Shown here one piece after another: positions 1 to 12,106 of a stretch of 64,000 bases of DNA. The position numbers were made by a program, and so were the translations under genes. The stretch is taken from assembly GCA_043228905.1 (NCBI GenBank), contig JBHGNT010000001.1, forward strand, positions 13,454,001 through 13,518,000, in the 5' to 3' direction. The notes below the pieces were generated by a model. The model saw nothing but the letters and a program-made list of their open reading frames with translations, did not search any database and had not been told where the DNA came from. The stretch is from Azolla caroliniana (lineage: Eukaryota; Plantae; Polypodiophyta). Every line of letters begins with the position of its first letter. Position 1 is the first letter of the stretch.

Positions 1-480
1 TGGTTCAAACTGTTAGGAATAGTACTAAAGCAGAGATGGAATTAGTACTAAGAAGAGCAGTACTATTAGTACTAAGAGGACGGGACTGCGTAAGATTCTT
101 GAGAGAGGAAGTGAGAAGAGGAGAGAAAGAGATAGCGAGGATGAGAGAGAGAGAAAGATGATGACAGCAGCTAATATATTATGTGAAAAGATAAGTACAA
201 GTGGCTAAGAGGCTTAAGACTGGCGTTGAACCAATTTGGTTCAAAACAATGCCTTGTGCCTCCTTTTATAGTGTTTTTAGGAATAATCCTGAAGCTTTTA
301 GAATGTTCCAGAGATCTGGAATATACATCAATTTTCTATGATAAAGTATAAATGAAAATAATATCCTACAAATTATAATTCATAGTCTAATGGTAAGAGC
401 TTGACCCATGTAGCATAAGGTCATGGGTTCGAGTCTTGCCATATCATGACAATTGCTCCCTTCCGTGGTCATCTGGGACA
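1..480 (-). mobile_element. Partial LTR of an unidentified LTR retrotransposon, running off the window; interrupts Copia A
   Basis: The minus strand starts TGTCCCAGATG at 480, has a TATA box CTATAAAAGG near 261-270 and a CT-rich tract downstream. It does not match the Copia A LTR. Confidence 0.5.
381..441 (+). other. tRNA-derived (Pol III A/B-box) sequence inside the LTR; not a functional tRNA
   Basis: A-box-like TAGTCTAATGG (383-393), B-box-like GGTTCGAGTC (426-435), ends GCCA. No complete cloverleaf. Confidence 0.5.
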
Positions 481-495
481 TCTCTCCCCCTCAAG

Positions 496-3400
496 TTCAA
501 GCAACTTGTCCAGACCAAGAGGCTTGGTGAAGATGTCGGTGGTCTGCCGATCCGTCAGAACATACTGAAGTTCGACTTCACCAGAGAGAACACACTCACG
601 GACGAAATGTTAGTGCACCTCAATGGTCTTTGCGAGCTGGATGCAGCTGAGGTTGTCACAGTAGATTATCGTTGGATCGGATACCTCCACCTGCAGATCC
701 TTAAGTAGTCGCTTCAACCATACGGTTGTCGCCCCTCTATACTCAGCTTCGGTGCTCAACAACGCAAATGTCGGTTGCTTCTTGTTACTCCACGCGATCA
801 CGGCACTCCCAAGAGAAAACGCGAAGCCGGAGGTGGATCGGCGATCAGTGACGTTGCCGGCCCAGTTTGCATCGGTGTAGCCGATCAACTACGGGGTTGT
901 ACCGAACCGATATAGTAGCCCCCTGTCCTTAGTGCCTCCGACATACCGGAGTACGTGTTGTGCGCACTTAAGGTGCTCCTCGGTAGGTCGTGCCATTAAT
1001 TGACTAATCACCCCGACCGGGTAGCTGAGGTCTAGTCAAGTGATGGTCAAGTATATAAGGCTTTCGACGATCTATCGGAACCTCGTCGGGTCGCATACCT
1101 TTCCGGAATCGGGGCGAAGGTTGACTGTTCTATCAAAAGGAGTCGAGACGGACTTACAGTTGGCCATCCCGAACTTGAAGAGCATATTCAGCGCATAATG
1201 ACGTTGGCTGATCAATATGCCTTTGGGGGTATGGATCACTTCGATCCCAAGCAAGTAATGATGATCCCCCAGATCCTTCATGTTGAATGATGCCGCAAGC
1301 TGGAGCTTCATGCGGTTGATTTCATTTAGGTTGGCGTCGGTGATGACCAAGTCATCAACATAAAGTAGAATACTAACCAACTCGAGTCGACCTTTCCGGA
1401 TGAACAATGAGGAGTCCGATTTCAACGTCGCAAAGCCCATCCGACGCAGTTGCTGCGTGATTTTCGCGTTCCAGGCACGCAGGGATTGCTTCAGGCCATA
1501 AAGGGACTTCTTCAATCGACACACCGCCAAAGTGTTTGTTCCGGAGTGAAATCCGGGGGGCTGGACCATGTACACCTGTTCCTCAAGCTCACCTTACAGG
1601 AACACATTCTTTACATCCATCTGATGTAAGTGTCACCCCTTTGTAGTAGCTACCGTGACCAAAAGACGGATGGTCGTCATCTTCGCGACCGGTGCAAATG
1701 TCTCATTGTAGTCGATGCCGTGTTTTTGCACGTAGCCTTTCGCTACTAACCAGGCCTTGTATCGGTTGAACGAGCTGTCAGTGTTGTACTTGACCTTGTA
1801 CACCCACCTGCATTCGATCAGCTTCACACCCTTTGGTGCGTCAACTAGGTCCCAGGTTTCATTTTCCGCTAATGTGCGCATCTCTTCCTCCATTGTGGCG
1901 CACCAATTCTCATCCTTCGCCGCTTCTACGTAGCTCTTCGGCTCACGCACTTCCGTAAAACGGGTCATGTACGCATAGTGATGCACCATGTACTCATTAT
2001 AACCGAACAACTGCACAACAAGGTTCTTCTGGCGGGTAGATCGGCGTAATTGGTCATTAGCCGATGTTGAGGGTTTTGTCACCACTTCCCTCAGAGTCGG
2101 ACTCACGTCGATCCGACCCATTCCTATCCATGTCGTAAGCCGACACTTTCTTCTTCCCTTTTCCCTTGCGCGTAAGCCATCTCCTCAGCTTCTTGCGTGG
2201 GGAATGCACGACCGAGTCTCCACTACTCGCCGGCTCTTCATCGGACTGGTCGAACCGACTTAGTCGTCCATCCGGTCCACTTAACCGAAACGAAATCGGA
2301 CTCTCTTTGCGGGTCCCGATTTCAAGCTCATTCGGAGGCATCTCGGCCTCACTGACCTCATCGTCAAAATTTGGATTGGAGGTCTAGAGTCGGAGGCAAG
2401 TACCAGGACGCAGACTAGTCGAATACAACATCGCGGCTCACGCGGGCTTGTTTGGTGCAAGGGTTATAACACTTATAACCCTTCTGCTTGTCCGAGTAGC
2501 CGACCAAGATACACTTCTCGGCTTTCGCATCCAAATTCCTCCTTTTCTCCTTCGGCACATGCACATATGCAATGCTACCGAAAACTCTCAAGTGTCGTAG
2601 GTTCGGCTTTCTTCCGAAATACAGCTCATGCGCTGACACTTTTTCTCCGATCTGATTCTGGATGTATACCACGGTTCGTACCGCCTCGGCCGAATAAAAC
2701 TTGGGCAAGCTCTTTTCCTCCAGCATTTCTTGTGTTGTTTCCACAATCAACTGATTTTTCCTCTCGGCCACGCCATTTTGCTCTGGCGTGTATCTACAAC
2801 TGAATTCGCGCCGAATTCCCATCTGTTGCAGATAGCCGGTGAATTGACCGGAAAAGTACTCTTTTCCGCCATCCGACCACAGGCACTTGATCTTTCGTCC
2901 TGTTTCTGTTTCCACGAACCCTTTGAGGTCCCGAAAACAATCAAAGACTTCACTCTTCTTCTCGATGAGGTAGATCCACGTGTGCCGCGTATAGTCGTCG
3001 ATGAAGGAGACGAAATATCGACTCCTGCCAAGACTAACGTTCTGTGCCGGCCCCCATACATCGGAATGTATCAAGTCGAGCTTGTTCCGGCTGCGTTTAT
3101 GCTCGTTTGGGAAAGGAAATTGGCGTTGCTTCCCTAGCTAGCAGGCTTCACAAATTTGTGCCTTCCGGCCACTAAATTTGGGCAATCCAAACACCACCTG
3201 TTTCGATTGCAGGTCCTGAAGCCATTGATAGTTGACGTGGCCCATCCGCTTGTGCCATAAGTCGATATCTGACTCGAATTTTTGTCCTTTCGCGTACATT
3301 ACGGTGCCATTGTCACTAGAGTCGAGGATAAACATCCTCCCGTCTCTACGCCCTTGCGCAATAACTCGGCCTTCTTCCTCGATGAAGCACCCGAGATGTG

Positions 3401-4641
3401 TAAACCGAACCTGCATCCCCTGGTCGACGATCTGCCCGACCGACACCAAGTTCTTTGTGATTGTCGGGACGTGTAACACGTTCATGAGTTTCTCTTTCTG
3501 CCCGACATGGGTGAGGGGAACTTCACTGACATTTGCAATCGGATGCAGAGTGTCGTCTCCTGTTGCGACTACTCCCGGTTGCATCGGTTTTTCGAGGTAC
3601 AAGAACCACTCCTTGTGGCACGTCATGTGGTTTGACGTGCCAAAGTCGACGTACCACACCTCGTCCGATTTCGGGATGATCTTCTTCATCAAGTTTGCTT
3701 CGTGTCTCCTCACGAAGACTGACCCTTTTTCGGCTCCTTCGGCGTAGTGCGATCATTGCCGATTACCCTTGTCGGTCTGTCCGGAACCTGATCCGGACTC
3801 GGTTCTCTCCGAATCAACGCGCTTTTTCCAGCACTCGCTCTCCTTGTGGCCTTTCTTGCCACAGTACCAGCATTCCACGACGGATTTCCCTTGCCGGTTC
3901 TCGTCGACTCGACTCCCCCTGTTTCAGGAGGGTCTGGAATTGTTGTCGGCATCACTCTAGTGCCTTCTTCCTTGATCCCATCGGCCGCCTCCATTGCGCA
4001 CCGAGTCACCTCGTCCGCCACGACCACGGGGCCTATCTCCCTTTGTGTACAACTTCTTGTTTTCGGCATGCGTGTTCGTCAACGCCCCCCTGTGGTTCTC
4101 CTCTATAAGGAGCATCGACTGTAAGTCGAAAACGACGACGTATTCTCCCATGTACACACAACAGTTCAGAACGCTCCGAACTTCAACGCCAGTCCCCCGA
4201 GACAGATTTGCACCATCTCGCCTTCTTTGACGTTCACATCGATAGAGGCTAGAGAATCACATATATCTTTGATCTTCAAGGTGTAATCAACCACCGACAA
4301 GTCGCATTGTCGTAAATTGGTCAGCTCCTATCGGAGTTGAAGCTTCCTGGTTGTGGTGCTTGTGGCGAAAATCTTCTTCAGATTTCCCCAAGCATCCTTC
4401 GGCGTTTTCACATCCCGAATGTAGCTTAGGTGTTGCTCGCCCACACAAGACGCGAAGCAGTACAGTACTCTGCTTGCCGACTGTTCCCACGCCAGGAAAT
4501 CTTTGTGTGTCGATTCGGGTGCTGTGTCATTTGCCAGTACCCGTGTCCGAGCAGGTATTGGTGCATCTTGTAGGACCAAGATGTGTAGTTGTTTCTGTCG
4601 AGCTTCTCCGTCCGAAGCAAGCTAGCCATACCTCTATCCAT
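496..4641 (-). pseudogene. Copia A gag-pol pseudogene
   Basis: Gag LDRNNYTSWSYKM, protease WYVDFGTSNHMT, GAG-pre-integrase WHKRMGH, integrase HSDVWGP/EQNGVAER, RT LYVDDL, RNase H YTDANWAG. Many stops and frameshifts. Confidence 0.93.
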
Positions 4642-4713
4642 CGGTTTTACCTGTTCTTCTTGGTTGGTTTTTCTTTTCAAGCTACGTTAGCTGCAGAGGT
4701 TCTCAACCCTTGC

Positions 4714-4725
4714 GCTTTGATACCA
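4714..4725 (-). promoter_or_regulatory. PBS, tRNA-iMet (TGGTATCAAAGC)
   Basis: Directly abuts the CA end of the LTR. Confidence 0.9.
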
Positions 4726-5143
4726 TGTAAAAGATTATGTGCGGAAGCAATAGAAAACCAAACACACAAAGAACACGCATAATGGAGAGCTTGAGTATAC
4801 ACAGTACGCGGGAGAGACAGAGAGAGAACACACAGAAAACTCAATTCAAAAAACTAACTCTGTACATACACCGTGCTCAGTGAACACCTTTTATACAAGC
4901 CCTGACAATCGGGCTGACACAAGTACTGTCACTGACTCCTCATAAATGAGCCTCGTCACTCACTCCCAAAATTATTCCTTACGAGGAATATCTCTCTAAC
5001 GGCCTTTCGGTTTACGCACCGGTTTGCATACCGGTTTACGCATCCGTTTTTACGCATCGGTCCGGCCTAACTGATCGTTCCCAACCGATCCAGTTCTCGG
5101 CTTGCATAGCCGATCCAGCCAATGTTGAGCTTGTATCTCAACA
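4726..5143 (-). repeat. Copia A 5' LTR
   Basis: TGTTGAG...TTTACA on the minus strand; related to the Copia B/C/F LTRs. Confidence 0.88.
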
Positions 5144-7223
5144 GGGATGTCATCCAAAAATGGCATGGTGATGTCCAGGATACAGCCTATATATAAACAC
5201 CTTGTTCATTGCATTCACCATGTGCGCCACCGAATTGACGCTCCTTGCAGGAGGGTACACATTCGAACCAAGCTCCTTGCAGGAGGTGTTCGCATCATCA
5301 TGATATCCCTACTCTCTATGGCTAGCTAGAACTAGTCATACCCCGAGGATAGGTCCCTAACCAAGTAGATCGACTTTCTGGCAAAGGCCTCTACGAACTA
5401 GTCTATCATTGCACCGACCCCCGCATTTCGAATGGTCACCTTGTGGAGTGGCTACAGGTCCTAAATGAAGCACAATGAGTCGTTCTTCATCGGCACCTTA
5501 AACCACTGATTCAAGGATACCCATATCGACCTTTTGCCTAAGCAGGTCCATCAACTTCGGGATGTGAGCTCTCGGTACCGGAATCGATTTGAGATTCCAC
5601 AGTACGTGCGGTACCGTGAAGATCACCATTGGTTCGACAATCGTCGAGTCAGACACCTGATCTCCCCAGACGAGAATGCAAAGACTTTCTTGTGCCTTTT
5701 GAGCATCCTCCAAAACCGGTCCTCCTCCATCAGCAGTAGGAAGCCATCCCCACCGATCTTCAGCTCCCATAGCACCGTAGCCCCCGTAAACTTGGGTTTG
5801 TTGCGACCCCTTTAATCCGTTCCCAGCTGTCCTCCGGCAAGGGTGTTGCAACTGGCCTCACCTTTAGGACCACAATCTTGTACTTGGTGTCTACTCGGGC
5901 AGTCCTATCCGGTCCGATAACCTTCCCGAAGTCCATGATGACTTTGTACATTTCGACAAAATTTAGCGGAACGACCCGGTCTTCGCTAAGATCCTCTTCG
6001 ACTATCTTCTCAATCTCCCTTAGGGTTTCGTCGAATGAGACTGCCTCCACAACACCATTGATCTCATCGTCGGAGCCTAAGGCGCTGCACGCCTTCAATT
6101 ATCCTTCGAACCGCCTCTTCTCCCGGCCACCGATGCCGGTTATGGTGCAACCTTCGTTAGCAAAGGGCAAAAATTCCCTACCTATGGTATAGGTGTGGGG
6201 TTTCTTCTGGTTTTTTGGACTACCGCGGTCCCATGCCTTAATACTCCTTTCTAAAAATCATCTTGGCCCTCGCCACCGAGAGAATCCCGATTCCGCTTGT
6301 GGTTCGACTAGACTGTCAAGAACTGCACATAGTGCTTACCATCCTAGATCTTCACCCTAGCGTGGGCTGAACCATTGTCCAAGACCTTTGTTTCCATTAG
6401 GGTTGCCATGAGGTAGGGTTCGCTTAGGATGACCGGACGGGAGGAAGTCTCTTGCACGAAGAAGTGCTAGTTGATTTCGACATCACAGACCTTCACCTAG
6501 ACGTTTGGGGATGCTCCGTCTAGCTCCTCCGTGGCTCGGGTCCCTGCACGTATCTTCCACCCGTTGTCGCGTTATTACGCGCGTGCGTGGAGAAAGGCGG
6601 GACCATGGGGGTCTTGGACTCGGGAGTGACGGAGCGTAGGAAGTCATACTTCACCGTTTCCGGGGCATCCTCAGAAGCACACCGGAATCAACCGAAAGGG
6701 ACAGAGAGAAAGAGAGGGAGCGTGCGCTTAACACCGACTCACGCACACACACGCACGCACGCACACACACACGCACAGAGGCCGACCCGACTCACGCCCT
6801 TATGTACAGGAAATGCAGGAAAGGGGAAGCACCCGACACCAACAGAGACGCGAATATACACAGACAGACGCAAATGTATATATATAAAAGGAAGAATACA
6901 TTTCCGGCTTCGAGCCAGACCATGGTAGGGTAGGTTACAACAGCAGTCTGCTGCCAAGCCGCCATCTGGGGAGCTCTCGGGTTCGTCACGCAGAGTGGGG
7001 TCTTGCACAGGAGACCGAGCAGAAACAGCCCTCAACGGTCGACCTCCCCGCGAAGAAGAAGAAAACTAACTCTAAACCTAACGGTATACCCTCTAACACA
7101 AAATGGGCAACCCTTTCACAAAGGGCGCTCCCTTCCTTTTATAGAACAAGGAGAGGGATGCGTTACAATGTGGGATAAATTGCGACTTACATGGGATCGT
7201 CTGTCCCGACTTGACTACTCTTC

Positions 7224-8751
7224 AGTGCCCGCTCAGGTAAATTTTCGATGACACAAGCAGCGAAGGATAGACTTACAAGAGGACATGCATCCCTCTCACT
7301 ACTCGAGAGACAATGCCACCAAGCATACTTCCAAGAGCCACGAACTAAAGGGTGGCTCTTTGACTCATTAGTGACTCCCTCTCTCATGTATGCATCAGCG
7401 GTTTGGGCCCCAGGACTACCATCTTTCATGTGGACGCAATTAGAGAGACCATTGGTGATGATGTTATCACGCCAACTCCGAAGCAAATCGTCGGTCCCAC
7501 ATGACATTATTAGGGCTGAGTTCACTCTACCCCCTATGTTAGTAGAAGCACTTTTTCAACTGGTAGTCTTTATACACAGGATACATAACCAACCACTTGA
7601 TAGAATATCCCACGAAGCCTTTAAGGCTTCTCGAGCACTGTATGAGTCCGGCTATACTAGCTCATGGTATGGCATGATGGTGAGTTGGCTTCTTGCCAAC
7701 GGTCTAGACATTACTAACCTCCCCCTCCTTAAGTACGACCACACGACTGATAACACTTTAATCTCTCATGAGGACCGTAATAAAGTAATACGCCAAGAAA
7801 TATGGCAAATTTATACTCGGTATAAATGGATCACCCCACTAGAGCCACTCCCATCTAAAATGTCGTATTATAAGGAACACTTTATGCACTTCTCTGAGTT
7901 AGGTTTTATCACGCGCCCAAAATATCTAGATGTATTCTTACCACATGCACTAAGGGTTGCGATTGGTCAACTTAGAATATCATCTCACCAACTTGAGATT
8001 GAGAATGGACGTACTAATGGAGTCCCTAGGGAGGAAAGGATATGTAGGTTATGCCACATAAAGATAGAGGATGAGTACCATTTTACATGCAAATGCCCCA
8101 CCTATGCCGAGATAAGGGCAAAATACCAAGACATACTTGGTTCCTCTCCCACCCTTCCTAAACTATTAGATACACTAGATATAAAGAAATTAGGTAGATA
8201 CATCTTAGAATTGAAACAACACAGAGAGAATAAATTACAAAACGTTGATAATAATGTTGCTAATGTTTACCAACATATAACAAATGAAGTTTTTCCGGAA
8301 TAAGGGGAGACAATGAATGTCGACACACCTGCACCACTCGGACTTCTCCTTGATGAAGCATAAAATCAAAGAAGAACCAAACGCCCTCGGATGCCGGGTT
8401 TCAAAGCAACTCGACGAGATGTAGAAGCAATAAAGAAAATAAGGGAACGTGAACTACACCGCCTAGAAGCCATGGCTAGGGCACTCTATGCATCGGGACC
8501 ATGGGTCACACCCACACCAAAAACTTTTGACCTCCCACTTCTTTTTGAGAGACTTGGGTGGAAATGAGATTAGGCTTAGTGCAAAGTTTTGTACACTACT
8601 AGAACTTTCTTAGCTTAAGCTATTTTCTTTTATTTTTAGTTTTGATGATTGGATAAACACTTATTTTTGTTGTAACCTATTTGTCTCATGGGCCAAATTT
8701 GGCCTTAGAAGACGTTAATATATCTTTCTTTCTTTCTTTCTTTCTTTCTTC
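7224..8751 (+). mobile_element. 5'-truncated non-LTR retrotransposon (LINE, probably RTE-X-like) with (TTTC)n tail
   Basis: Comparison with the S2 LTR (36085-36115) defines the insertion point. 3' UTR then (TTTC)~7 at 8723-8751; TCTTC shared with the target site. Confidence 0.85.
7248..8303 (+). pseudogene. C-terminal part of LINE ORF2 (post-RT region and CCHC zinc finger)
   Basis: LRISSHQLEIENGR..PREERICRLC..EDEYHF..CP.Y..IR motif. The frame continues past two TAA codons to TGA at 8567. Confidence 0.85.
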
Positions 8752-10303
8752 GGCGCCATAAAGGCGCCCTCGTTATTCACACTAAATGTACAAGGGAGAG
8801 CACACATGCTGCACCCCGCCAATGTAGCCAATGTTTCCCGGTTTCCGCCTCTAGCCGAAATTCCTCACAACACCGTGTTTGGTGTTGTTCGGCCATAGGT
8901 CTCGCACACGTGCACCCGTCCATTCCATAGATACACTAAATTGCTTCTGAGTGCCTCCGCAAAATCATTGCACTCTCTCCGAACGTGGCCAGCCGCATTG
9001 CACCACATGAATCATTGGTCGACCGGAGGCCTCCGGTCACGCGACTGTACACCGCCATCTCGTCGGGCTTGCATGATCTGGAGATCGCACACCATCTTTG
9101 TTAGCTCCTCCAAATCTACGCCCCTCGATGGACCCTTGACCATGTAGTTAGGAACCGTCCCCGACTCGAGCGATCTTTGTGTCTCTTCTGTTAACGCTAG
9201 AATCAGTTCCTCCGTCTTCCCCCTAAAACCCGGGCCGTTCGTCGACGGACCCACATTGTTCCATTCTCGTCGTTTGTCGAAGTGGCTACAAACCCTTTTT
9301 ACCACGACCCAATTGGCTGTGAACCCACCTTCTCCCGATCAAGCCCATCTACCGACTTGATGAATAGTAGGACCCGCTCGTATTGAGCACGGTTCAGTCT
9401 AGCGTCGAGAGCTGAGTGAATCATTTTTCAAACTTCTGGAGGAGCACCGATGTATTCCTCCCCTTTCTAGGGCTCTTGACCCACTCCATGAACTCTCATT
9501 TCGACAACCGGAGCGAGTCGTCGAAACCATACCTCTCGAGTAGTCGTCCTTCGAACTCCTCCCAGTTTCGACAGCCAGCCTGAAGCTTGACCTCCTCCAG
9601 ATGAATGCTCGGTGTCACCACTCGGGGAAATCCGAACAATCGTCTATCCTTTGGGATGTCCCTCATTATCATCTCAGTCCAGTAGGCATCGAGATAGCTT
9701 GTCGCGTTCTTCCCACCAAATCGGCCTATCATGTGGACGATCGTTTCGATGGCCCTGTCAAGGGCACCCGTGCTCTCTCGATTGTTCACTAGGCGGTCAA
9801 TGACCACCGCCATGGCTTCCGCAAGCTTGCTTCCTCTCATCTTCGTACTCCTCGGCCGCCCCTTTCATGTTGGGTTCACCAAAGGTGTTGTGGTTTTCCA
9901 CAGGTATGTGTCGAAATGAACGGGTCCATGGGGGTCTCGGACCAAGCAGCCGGAGGGAGTATGAAGTCCGTCTGGATATCCTCGCCGGGTCGGTGCCCGG
10001 TCATGTATCCAGTCCGTATGGGTTCTCTGATGCTGGACAGTGAGCAAATGGGCTCGAAACCCGGGCTAATGCTAGCATTAGCAGTCACGCGAATGAGATG
10101 CGTACTCAACAGAGGGAGCAATCAAATAGAATGAAAAGTAAAAAAGATTAAACAAGAGGGGAATACAATCGGGCTAGGCCGGCAATGGAGTTTCGGACTA
10201 CAACCACCACGAACACACACAGGACGGCGAACCTATGGTCGGGAGCTGGGAGCTTCCTATGTGAGCAGAGGTTTCACCTTCTTTCCTGATTGACTCAGAA
10301 CAC

Positions 10304-10308
<5 letters not shown>

Positions 10309-10342
<34 letters not shown>
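10309..10342. repeat. (AG)n microsatellite in the G1a LTR
   Basis: Direct reading. Confidence 0.9.
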
Positions 10343-10344
<2 letters not shown>

Positions 10345-10432
10345 AACACTCAAACCGACAACACTTCCTCCTCCAAAACGTGGATCCCGTCTAACCCTCC
10401 TCAAACCTCCCCTTTTATAGAACAAGGGGAAT

Positions 10433-10980
10433 TGTTATGTAAACCTAACGTTATTGAGGGTAGGTCACTAATATTCACATAAGTGAAGGGTATGTTCACT
10501 AATATTAAAAAGGGGGCTAATGTGATTGGATAGAAGGAATGATAGGTGTATGCACTATCATGGTTTGGGTAACCAATGATGGAGACCCTTTTAGAAAGGC
10601 ACATCTATTCAAGGGGCCTAGAAGAAGGTATAAATATAAGGCTTAGCTACCCTCATAAGCACATTACGTCAGAAGGCTGGTGTCTTAGACACCGATAGTG
10701 CAGGCTAGGCTTTCGTCTTGATGATCGTGTTTATCTCTTCCAAGGTAATAGTCATCCTAATATCTGGCGGTATGGGACGTCGGTGCAAGGCTGGCTATGT
10801 CTAGATCATAGCTCTGGGGTGCTTGGATGGAACGGGTTCTTCTATCCAATCTATTTTCTTTCTTTTACTTACTTTGGTCTATTGATTAGTAATAGATTCT
10901 TAAGAAGAAGATCGTTGTGTTGCTCATAAAGCAACCGTTGGGACAAATCAGATATTATTCTGCGCGCGTGTGGTCATAAA
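10433..10980 (+). mobile_element. Possible solo LTR inserted in the G1a LTR
   Basis: About 550 bp absent from the related LTR 12730-13555; starts TGTTATG, TATA near 10629, ends CATAAA. No TSD found. Confidence 0.3.
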
Positions 10981-11141
10981 GTACGTGTCATTCAGACCCT
11001 CCTAGTACTCTTTAATACTTATACTTACATTTCACTATTTACATGTTTGTACATAAAGATATGTCTCACGTGCATCAATGCACACACTCGTTTCTGCGCA
11101 TTCGAGTCCTTTTCTCCTGATAGCCAGAATTCCACATGACA

Positions 11142-12106
11142 TTAGGTAATGGAATAGGTGGCAGAGTCAAGAAGAACAGAGCTGACCAGAAGAAGGCCAA
11201 GACATAGATGTAGGTTGATGTCATGAAAGGTCTGAAGATCAGAGACGAGTTGGAGACAACCAACTTGGACAAAGAAGAGGACGAATTGGATACAACCGAT
11301 TCGGTCAAGAGTTGGAGTGAATCTGAAGCATCCGATTCAATAGAAATGTTCGATTTGGAGGAGCCGAATCAATTGGCCAAGAGGACGAAAGGGTAGTGAA
11401 AGCCGACGCCGATACGAAGGATCCAACAGGTCAAGAAGGCCTAACACCATGATAGCGAGGGAGCTTATAAGGGCCAAGGGAGCAAACAAGCCAACCGGGA
11501 AGGTCGAGGTGAACGGAACCGGATGGGTCGTGGAAAAGGGGACCAGACCGGACGAGGAGTGCGAGCAAGGCACATGGATACTAATAAGAGCTGACAATAG
11601 GGGTCGACGAGAAAAGACACAACGATCTGACCTCAAGTTGAGCTTGAGGGGAAATGTTGAGCAAACAAGTTAAACCGGATCTGGATTGGCTGAATAAGCT
11701 AGAGCCGGATTGGTGTCCGAATCGTATCCAAAACCAAGAGCCGGATCGGGGAACTGGATCGTACTCCGGATTAGTGTGAACCTGTAGGCCATTAGAGGCC
11801 TACGGTCCCAGCCTAATACGTAGGAATATTCCTTAGAGTTAGTGTACGAGCTCGTTTATGAGCTTTCAAGTACTGATGGTACTTGTGTTAGTCCTTGTAC
11901 GAACTTGTATAAAAGTGCTCACTGAGCACATTCAATGTACACAGAGTGTTGTTATTGTGAATAAGTTTTTGTTGTCAACTCACTCTCTGTCTCTCTCTGT
12001 CTCTCTCTCTCTCACACCTACTTTGTGTATTCCATTCTTTGTTCTTCTGTTGCAACCCTATCGAGCTGGATAGGGTTTGTTTTGCATCGGCACAATATCC
12101 TTTACA
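11142..12106 (+). mobile_element. Copia 3' UTR, PPT and 3' LTR (11655-12106), A/B/C family
   Basis: UTR homologous to the reverse complement of 37500-38000; PPT CTTGAGGGGAAA; LTR TGTTGAGCAAAC..TTTACA resembles the Copia C LTR. Confidence 0.85.

Larger units (their letters stand above)
481..5143 (-). mobile_element. Ty1/copia element A (degenerate; 3' end displaced outside the window)
   Basis: 5' LTR 4726-5143 (TG..CA), PBS, and gag-PR-INT-RT-RH fragments in copia order. The right flank GGGAT lies inside a Gypsy RT (FLDDIP codons). Confidence 0.95.
6565..8872 (-). mobile_element. Solo LTR S1 (G1-related) with 4-bp TSD CCGT, interrupted by a LINE
   Basis: TG at 6565, CA at 8872, CCGT at 6561-6564 and 8873-8876. 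Removing it restores the host NTKHGWKI codons. Homologous to S2. Confidence 0.92.
5144..11141 (-). mobile_element. Degenerate Ty3/gypsy element G1a (G1 family, tRNA-Trp primed)
   Basis: RT, PR and gag fragments homologous to G1b/G1c (PMVIFTVPHVLWNL, MRGSKLAEAMA); PBS TGGTGAACCCAACATGAA 9864-9881; 5' LTR about 9886-11141; internal deletions. Confidence 0.88.

Noticed and set aside
381-441. Functional tRNA gene
   Set aside because: No acceptor stem or anticodon arm can be formed; only promoter-like boxes are present.
1-480. 3' LTR of Copia A
   Set aside because: No similarity to the 5' LTR (4726-5143); the adjacent PPT-like tract corresponds to the internal one seen in Copia B.
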